Sequence record: NC_027402.1
Reading direction: 5' to 3' (one strand)
DNA: 64,000 nt
Each line of letters starts with the position of its first letter. The stretch's first letter is position 1. The notes beneath the pieces are model-generated. The model searched no databases and had not been told where the DNA came from. It was given only the letters and a program-made list of their open reading frames with translations. A program made the translations under genes and the position numbers. Of the stretch, positions 57,914 through 64,000 are shown piece after piece.

Positions 57914-57937
57914 CCTCCACCCCTTCGGGGGTGGAGG
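57914..57937 (+). promoter_or_regulatory. stable hairpin without U-tract just upstream of the terminase RBS
   Basis: CCTCCACCCC-TTCG-GGGGTGGAGG, followed by TATGGAGATTGT-ATG. Confidence 0.5.
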
Positions 57938-57949
57938 TATGGAGATTGT

Positions 57950-60061
57950 ATGATACTGCGAAAAAACGATTGGCGACACTATCCGGGCGCGATTGTTGAC
58001 GATGTCACACCAAACGTGCACTTCCTTCAGTTCGCCACAACACTACAAGGATTAGGTGTCCAGCATTGGTACGTCCACCTGGCATTACACAATCCCGAAC
58101 TCCGTGGTGTTGATCCATTTAGCCCGGATTTAACACTCGAACAAAAAGCGATGATTGTTACGGAGTGTGCGGAAAACCCATGGTACTTCTTTCGTGAGTG
58201 TGTCCGGGTCCCTGCGGATGGTGTAAAGAACGGGATGCCGTTTCGTCTAGACCGCGGTAACTTTTCGATGTATTGGATTTTCTTCAACAACATCGACGCC
58301 GCTATCGAGTTTCTCCGTCAGCATGGTAAAACTGTCGGGATGTCCGCATTGCTATTGTGGCTGATGCGCTTCCTGGAGAACTCACGTACGATTCTTATCA
58401 CGAAGGGTCCTGCCCTGCGTGAAGAAACTATCAACAAAATGAAACAACTGCGTAACGCGTTACCGGATTATCTCTGGCCTCATCACCCGGACGATCCTGA
58501 TAACCGTGAGACGTTTGCATGTCTAGCGCAGGGTAACAAACTTATCACCGGCATCGGTCAAAACGATAAGGAAGCTGCGAACGGGGTAGGCCGTGGACTC
58601 ACAGCCGGACGCCTGTTCTCGGATGAAGGACCGTTTACCAACAACATCCACCATATCCTCCCCGCTGCACTAGCATCGGGTACTGCGGCGCGTCGTATTA
58701 ACGAAGCCGAAGGTGTTCCATACGGCAACGTCTTCGCAACAACACCTGGGGATTTGGCGACAGAAGAAGGTGAGTACATGTACAGCCTGATGACGTCGGG
58801 GATTTCGTGGGATGAACGGTATATCGACATTCCGACTCGTGCACAACTGATTGACATGATTCGAAAAGGCTCTACTGCGAAGATTCCACGTATCATGTTC
58901 TACGTGAAATACAACCACCGCCAACTCGGTACCACGGACGAAGAACTCGCAGATATGATTGCGAACGCCCCAGGTACACCAGACCAAATCCGCCGTGACT
59001 TCGGTGGTGAATGGACAACCGGTGGTTACAACAAACCGTTCTCAGGCGATGATGCAAGACGTATGAACGCCTCGCGTATTCGGGCAGCACAGAAAATTAT
59101 CTCTGCTTCCAACTACGTAACGGATTGGTATTACACTGAAGAACAGATGCTGGTTAAAATGCAAGACCGCCACATCATCGGTTTGGATACTTCCGAAGCC
59201 GTTGGACGTGACGCCATTGCCATGTCAATCGTCAACTCTGTCACTGCCGAATATGCCGGCAAGCTCACCGTGAACGAAACAAACGTCATCGGGTTTGCGA
59301 TTCACTTAGCAGACTTCATGATCGAATATCCGAACACGGTACTCATTCTGGAACGACGGTCTACCGGCTCCTCGGTAGCAGATGCCATCATACTGCAGCT
59401 GCAATCTAAGGTTCGCGATTTGCATCGTCGTTTGTACGTGAAAGTGACCCAGGATTACTCAAGGAACGATGAACTTTACAAAGAGTTCCATCGTGGCCCT
59501 GTGGGCAGTCCAGAGCGCTTCTGGGACAAATTCCGTAAATACATCGGTTTCTCAACCGACCAGGATAAACGCCGTAAGTTGTATGGTGAAGTATTTACCA
59601 CGGCGTTGCGTCTTTCTGCGGACTTACTGCGGTCAGGCGAATTGATCGACCAAATCCTCGGTCTCGTCGAACGAAACGGGCGCATAGACCACCGTGCATC
59701 CGGTCACGATGACCTGGTAATATCCTGGCTTCTGGCAATGTGGTTACTTCTGTTCGGCAACAACTTAGGCCACTACGGTATAAGTAACAGCCGACTGATG
59801 ATGCGCAACCGCAATATGCTCGGGGGCATGGCAGGTGAATTCGATGAAGAGGCTGCAGTCGAGGAAGAAGAAAAGCAACAACAACTGATGGGGCAAATTG
59901 AAACGATGATTAGACAGAGTCAAGTTGTAGCCGACCCGGTACAACAGCTCATGTACAAGAATCGTATTCAAGCGCTCGTCTCTCAACTCAACACTGACGT
60001 TCGTAACGTCGCATCGATGGAAAGCTTGAAAGAGCTAATCCAACGACAGAGGATGAAGTGA
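57950..60061 (+). CDS. terL: terminase large subunit
   Basis: ENPWYFFRE, Walker A LRQHGKT, Walker B FSDEGPF, coupling motif FATTP, nuclease IGLDTS...RD and HDDLVISW. Confidence 0.93.
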   Translation: MILRKNDWRHYPGAIVDDVTPNVHFLQFATTLQGLGVQHWYVHLALHNPELRGVDPFSPDLTLEQKAMIVTECAENPWYFFRECVRVPADGVKNGMPFRLDRGNFSMYWIFFNNIDAAIEFLRQHGKTVGMSALLLWLMRFLENSRTILITKGPALREETINKMKQLRNALPDYLWPHHPDDPDNRETFACLAQGNKLITGIGQNDKEAANGVGRGLTAGRLFSDEGPFTNNIHHILPAALASGTAARRINEAEGVPYGNVFATTPGDLATEEGEYMYSLMTSGISWDERYIDIPTRAQLIDMIRKGSTAKIPRIMFYVKYNHRQLGTTDEELADMIANAPGTPDQIRRDFGGEWTTGGYNKPFSGDDARRMNASRIRAAQKIISASNYVTDWYYTEEQMLVKMQDRHIIGLDTSEAVGRDAIAMSIVNSVTAEYAGKLTVNETNVIGFAIHLADFMIEYPNTVLILERRSTGSSVADAIILQLQSKVRDLHRRLYVKVTQDYSRNDELYKEFHRGPVGSPERFWDKFRKYIGFSTDQDKRRKLYGEVFTTALRLSADLLRSGELIDQILGLVERNGRIDHRASGHDDLVISWLLAMWLLLFGNNLGHYGISNSRLMMRNRNMLGGMAGEFDEEAAVEEEEKQQQLMGQIETMIRQSQVVADPVQQLMYKNRIQALVSQLNTDVRNVASMESLKELIQRQRMK

Positions 60062-60300
60062 TGACTCAACTCTACTATGCAATCGTGATGGTAATGTGGA
60101 TTTGTCTGTACTTTGGCTTACGCCACACCATCGAAGTAATACGCATCCACGCACAAAGCCACGATGTCTGCACACGCACAATGCGGCTCGGACAGATCAC
60201 CTGTAGCTTTGGCGTATTGCTTATCGGTGGACTATCGACCGCGGGGCTACACGTTGTGTATACCCTACATCAAGTTGCCGTATCGGGAGCACTCGCCTGA
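60058..60300 (+). CDS. small membrane protein (2 TM)
   Basis: GTGA overlap with the terL stop; two hydrophobic segments. Confidence 0.5.
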   Translation: MMTQLYYAIVMVMWICLYFGLRHTIEVIRIHAQSHDVCTRTMRLGQITCSFGVLLIGGLSTAGLHVVYTLHQVAVSGALA

Positions 60301-60315
60301 ATCAACTTTAACTCG

Positions 60316-60372
60316 AAAAAATACGACGTAGCCACCTCTCCGAAACTGGAGAGGTGGCATTTTATTTTATTT
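60316..60372. terminator. bidirectional intrinsic terminator
   Basis: GCCACCTCTCC-GAAACT-GGAGAGGTGGC followed by a T-tract, between convergent genes. Confidence 0.82.
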
Positions 60373-61743
60373 CTGCAAAGAGCGGATCAAGAAGTACAAC
60401 AACAACGCATTACGCAAAGCGGCCAATGCGGCTTCATGGCGGATATGTGTTTCTCGTGCAGCCAGTTTCTCAATACGTTCACGTAACGATAACACGTACG
60501 GGTTGGGGGACTTCGAAGCCTGGTACAACGAACGCATACGCAGTAGAACCGTACTCGCATCGTTAAAGTTCAGACGAGAAGTAACAATTTCGTCGAACGC
60601 GTGCGATAGCGTGTCCTCCATGATAGCGTTAATCTCATCGCGCTTTTTGCCAAGCGGCAGACTTGCAATATACGCCAGCAAAGTTTTCAGTGCCGCGGGA
60701 GATGCTTTGGGTACTAGCTCCAACACCACTTTTGCTAATTGCTCTTTGTAAAGATTGTTGATATCGTAAGACGCATCGAACAGATTCTGCTTAGCGATAT
60801 CCAGTGCACCCACTTTGTCACGGATAATCGATTCGCCGTCTAACTCAATTCGGGTTGACTGCGTAATCACACGACTGTTATCACGACGCACTTTGTCCAG
60901 CACCGCGTAATAGTCCTTCACGGTTTGTTTGGTACGGGTGTTCAGGTCGGTGATAAAACGCAATACCAGGTCTGGCGTATCAAAACGTTTAACCGCGTCG
61001 TAGTTTGGGTACTCCGGAGAACAGAAGTATTCTGAACGCTCCTGCATGTGCAGACCCCAGTTGCCTAAACGACGGATATCGAACTTTAACGACAACATCG
61101 AGTATGCGGCGTCGGCAGCGGCCATGTCGACCGGCTTGGGGAAGAAGTGATAATATATACTGGAGTAGAATTTGAATTGCAGAAGCGTTACTAACGATAC
61201 CGCCGCGGCGTGGATTTCACGATCGGCGAATTTCGACATCATTCGATGTAGAGTATACACCGTAGAGAGGTTATACGGATCACCCGCCACTGCCCAGTCG
61301 GTGTTAATCGTACCTGATTCTTTAATCATCTCGAACAGATAATCTTCATCCACTTTCAAGACATCTTCAAAAAAGCGGTTACGGTCAGAATCGTAGAAAC
61401 GAATGGTGTGGACGCCTAATAGATTAGACCCTAGCCACTCCACATTGCCTTCACGTTTAAGAATGTTATCCACGTGAAGTTGAATTTGCTTTGCAAAACG
61501 ACGATCGATAACGACATGTTTAAAACATTCGTCAAACACTTTACGTAATCGGTCATTCTTCATGGCTTCTGCAGCAACCACCAGTCCCATCGGAACGTAG
61601 CCACCAAAACCATAGTCGTAATACAAGCCCGTAGAATACGTGTCATCGTCGAAGAATGGGTCACGTCCGAATGATTCGACGGCAACCTTCACTCCGGTAT
61701 CACGATAACAACCGGCACTGAAATCATAAACCAATTCAGACAT
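60367..61743 (-). CDS. conserved phiKZ-like protein, probably virion-associated (458 aa)
   Basis: Long helical ORF with RBS GAGG; family assignment recalled, not verified. Confidence 0.6.
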   Translation of the reverse strand: MSELVYDFSAGCYRDTGVKVAVESFGRDPFFDDDTYSTGLYYDYGFGGYVPMGLVVAAEAMKNDRLRKVFDECFKHVVIDRRFAKQIQLHVDNILKREGNVEWLGSNLLGVHTIRFYDSDRNRFFEDVLKVDEDYLFEMIKESGTINTDWAVAGDPYNLSTVYTLHRMMSKFADREIHAAAVSLVTLLQFKFYSSIYYHFFPKPVDMAAADAAYSMLSLKFDIRRLGNWGLHMQERSEYFCSPEYPNYDAVKRFDTPDLVLRFITDLNTRTKQTVKDYYAVLDKVRRDNSRVITQSTRIELDGESIIRDKVGALDIAKQNLFDASYDINNLYKEQLAKVVLELVPKASPAALKTLLAYIASLPLGKKRDEINAIMEDTLSHAFDEIVTSRLNFNDASTVLLRMRSLYQASKSPNPYVLSLRERIEKLAARETHIRHEAALAALRNALLLYFLIRSLQK

Positions 61744-61815
61744 GGCGCTAAACCTCTAAAAATTTACGGATATATGTTATCATACTGAGAGTATACCTGA
61801 AGGAGATTTTACCCA

Positions 61816-62949
61816 ATGATGAACTATGAACGTAAGCACGCGTGGCAAGAAAAGCTACGCACGGGACAGATACATTCTGCCCAACAAGTGAAGATGTGGG
61901 TGCTGCCACACGGCGTCATCTGCGAAATGGTCCAGGTCGGAGGATTACCTATTCTTCGAAATGGTAAATACGATTCGATGAACACGGTACTCGCACGCTT
62001 GCTGGCCGATGCAGGCATAATGGGTACCGTGATTTTATATTCAACCGCAACGATTCCTCAGAACCTTTCTCGCTGGTTAACACATTGGCTTTCCAATGAC
62101 CCTAGCGAGGACGATCCGTGGCTACGTTCGATGACAGTGACAACAATGGGTCAACGGCCGACGAAACCCCTCCCATTCCAGGTCAATGTAATTGAACCAG
62201 CTATTCTGGAAGCGGGTGAAGTGTTTGAAGCAATCAAACATCGATCTCGCGATGTTAGCATCAGTCAGTTTCTTATCGAAGCGAATGATGTGACTTACCG
62301 GCTGGAGCCTGTACGACGTATGGACGCTCGTATCGTCGACTGCACAGAGTTTGGGTATGTCTTGCGCACACAGGGCAACCACACGTTCCTGGCATCGATG
62401 CTTTCTCGCCGCGTGCAGGGACAATTAGCACACTACAAAGTGTCCCCTGCTGACCTCGTCGGTACCGACGTTAAGGTCGAATACACAATGTTTACCGAAG
62501 GGAATCGACTGTGTAATTTTAAGTCTCCGGTAGTCTATCGGAGTAAGGCACTTGATGCCTTAGGCGACCAGAATGTCCCGACATACGATGGCCCCTATCC
62601 GTTTAAATCGCAAGCATCTGCAAACCGTGCGCTCCTTACGGTAACTCGGTGTAAACGTGCAGCGATCACACGGACTGATGGGGAAATCTATGGTAAGGAC
62701 ACTGAGTCTGACGCAAAACTCTTTTCGTTCCGGCGTGGTGTAAAACCTGGACTATATGCCGCAACGTTTGAAAAGGGGGATGACGTCGAGTTCTGGCAGT
62801 TCGACAGTGATTTTGCGGTAGATGCAATAGACCCGGAAGCGTTAGTGAGTGTCATCACAGACCAAATCTTTTACGCGACGGGTATGAGCCTGCTGGAAAT
62901 CTTTTTAATGTACGATGCCAGATTACCTTCACAGTCAGTCAAAACGTAA
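61816..62949 (+). CDS. conserved hypothetical protein, possibly degenerate ATP-dependent ligase-like (NTase + OB)
   Basis: RBS AAGGAG. RLEPVRRMDARIVDCTEFG and LVGTDVKVEYT..T.G..L..F..PV..R recall ligase motif V and the OB domain; KxDG is absent. Confidence 0.4.
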   Translation: MMNYERKHAWQEKLRTGQIHSAQQVKMWVLPHGVICEMVQVGGLPILRNGKYDSMNTVLARLLADAGIMGTVILYSTATIPQNLSRWLTHWLSNDPSEDDPWLRSMTVTTMGQRPTKPLPFQVNVIEPAILEAGEVFEAIKHRSRDVSISQFLIEANDVTYRLEPVRRMDARIVDCTEFGYVLRTQGNHTFLASMLSRRVQGQLAHYKVSPADLVGTDVKVEYTMFTEGNRLCNFKSPVVYRSKALDALGDQNVPTYDGPYPFKSQASANRALLTVTRCKRAAITRTDGEIYGKDTESDAKLFSFRRGVKPGLYAATFEKGDDVEFWQFDSDFAVDAIDPEALVSVITDQIFYATGMSLLEIFLMYDARLPSQSVKT

Positions 62950-62959
62950 GGAGCATCCT

Positions 62960-63469
62960 ATGTTTACTGCGCCAACCATGCGGGTGGGGCAAGGTCTTAA
63001 CCTGGTGGTACACGACCAGCGGTTAATCGACCTCTGTGACACAAGCATAATTACTGCGATGATGGACCATAACCCTTTAGGTGACTACGGAAATACCAGC
63101 GAGATTTTGGCTGTTGCTGCCGTCCTCCGTCGTATTTACGGTCAAATAACCATCGTAGATCTCTGTAACTTCATTGACAACCACAGAGATTTAACTAAAG
63201 GGTTGGTCGCACTTACTCAAGATGGTGTGTCAAGTTTTGACAGTTCTCTTGGTAATTTCTTAGACATCGGTTCCGGGTTCGACTCCGGGTTAATGTTCAT
63301 CACACGTGAACGCTACGTCGCCGTCTGGGAATTTCTGCAGCGCATGGGTGTGCATGTTCCTGCAAAGATCATGCATTACCAAACTTACGACCTGAATATT
63401 TTCGGGGAGCCAGGGTTATGGATAAAACCAGTACACCTTGGCCTTGATGGCTATACCATCAAGTGTTAA
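62960..63469 (+). CDS. hypothetical protein (169 aa)
   Basis: ATG 62960 after TAAGGAG; followed by a terminator. Confidence 0.65.
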   Translation: MFTAPTMRVGQGLNLVVHDQRLIDLCDTSIITAMMDHNPLGDYGNTSEILAVAAVLRRIYGQITIVDLCNFIDNHRDLTKGLVALTQDGVSSFDSSLGNFLDIGSGFDSGLMFITRERYVAVWEFLQRMGVHVPAKIMHYQTYDLNIFGEPGLWIKPVHLGLDGYTIKC

Positions 63470-63476
63470 GTCACTA

Positions 63477-63520
63477 GGCGTACTCTCTTCGGGGAGTACG
63501 CCAATCTTATTTTTTTTTTA
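63477..63520 (+). terminator. intrinsic terminator
   Basis: GGCGTACTCTC-TTCG-GGGAGTACGCC followed by long T-tracts. Confidence 0.88.
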
Positions 63521-64000
63521 TTTTTTTGATTATTTTTTAACCGGCTGGTTAAAGGGGGTCTAGGAGACGTCAGAAAACGATTAAGTGGTCTGGATGTAGG
63601 GTAGCTCGTTTTTGGCAGTTTATCGTTTTCTAGGGTCGGTTACGTGCGTTTTAGAGGGGGTTATGTATCGAGACAGAGAATTTATTTTTGTCGGGGCGAG
63701 GAAATTCAGGGAATGGGGATTCAGGATTGTATGTTTTTTAACCAGTTATTAAAAACGCTCTAGAAAGCGCTAGAACGAGATTTATACCTGACCCGGTACA
63801 CTTGGGTTCCCCCTACCGAAAAATCGCGCCAGCGGGCCGTTGAGAGCGCGAGAGTGCCATCCCCGTTTCGGTTCCGAGGTGACGGTCGCGGCCGGCGACG
63901 ACGATCACACGTTGGGTAGCACTTCGTGCCATGTCTGGGTGAAAACTGGATCGTTCTGTAACCGACACACACTGTCGGTTACTTACGAGTTCTTTGGGTT

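Noticed and set aside
35944-60061. Introns or inteins in RNAP subunits, terminase or recombinase (common in jumbo phages)
   Set aside because: The ORFs are uninterrupted and of expected size; no C...HN/C intein junction or LAGLIDADG/HNH motif was seen.
63760-63972. 70-aa minus-strand ORF in the terminal non-coding stretch
   Set aside because: GTG start inside a hairpin, no SD, in-frame stop just upstream, Arg-rich atypical composition.
1-64000. CRISPR array, tRNA, rRNA, transposase or integrase, homing endonuclease
   Set aside because: No regularly spaced direct repeats, cloverleaf with T-loop and acceptor stem, or mobile-element motifs found by eye. tRNAscan-SE and a CRISPR finder would be needed to exclude them formally.
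1-64000. Alternative genetic code or stop-codon reassignment
   Set aside because: Core genes are full length under the standard code, with no in-frame stop fragmentation.

Overview
64 kb of a phiKZ-like (Chimalliviridae-type) jumbo myophage genome, densely coding. Protein sizes, motifs and gene order match my recollection of Salmonella phage SPN3US and its relatives; this is an inference, not a database result. Core modules: virion multisubunit RNA polymerase split into four genes (beta-C at 13.4 kb; beta'-N, beta-N and beta'-middle at 36-44 kb), RecA/UvsX-like recombinase, RNase HI, DEDD exonuclease, thymidylate synthase, tape-measure/lytic transglycosylase (2372 aa), baseplate and virion proteins, prohead protease, tail tube, tail sheath and large terminase. 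Accessory regions: 6.9-10.3 kb, 17.9-25.9 kb and 45-49.8 kb. Most striking observations: (i) a 62-aa stand-alone gene ending DPSKDDDNCTGGACKI*, which resembles the redox-active C-terminal tail of enterobacterial ribonucleotide reductase NrdA; (ii) an apparently catalytically dead paralog of the MazG-like pyrophosphatase, the pair flanking thyA; (iii) a NADAR-like plus CYTH-like gene pair; (iv) a candidate separated spanin pair; (v) further degenerate enzyme-like genes (P-loop ATPase lacking the Walker A lysine, ligase-like ORF). No tRNA, rRNA, CRISPR array, intron/intein or mobile element was recognised.
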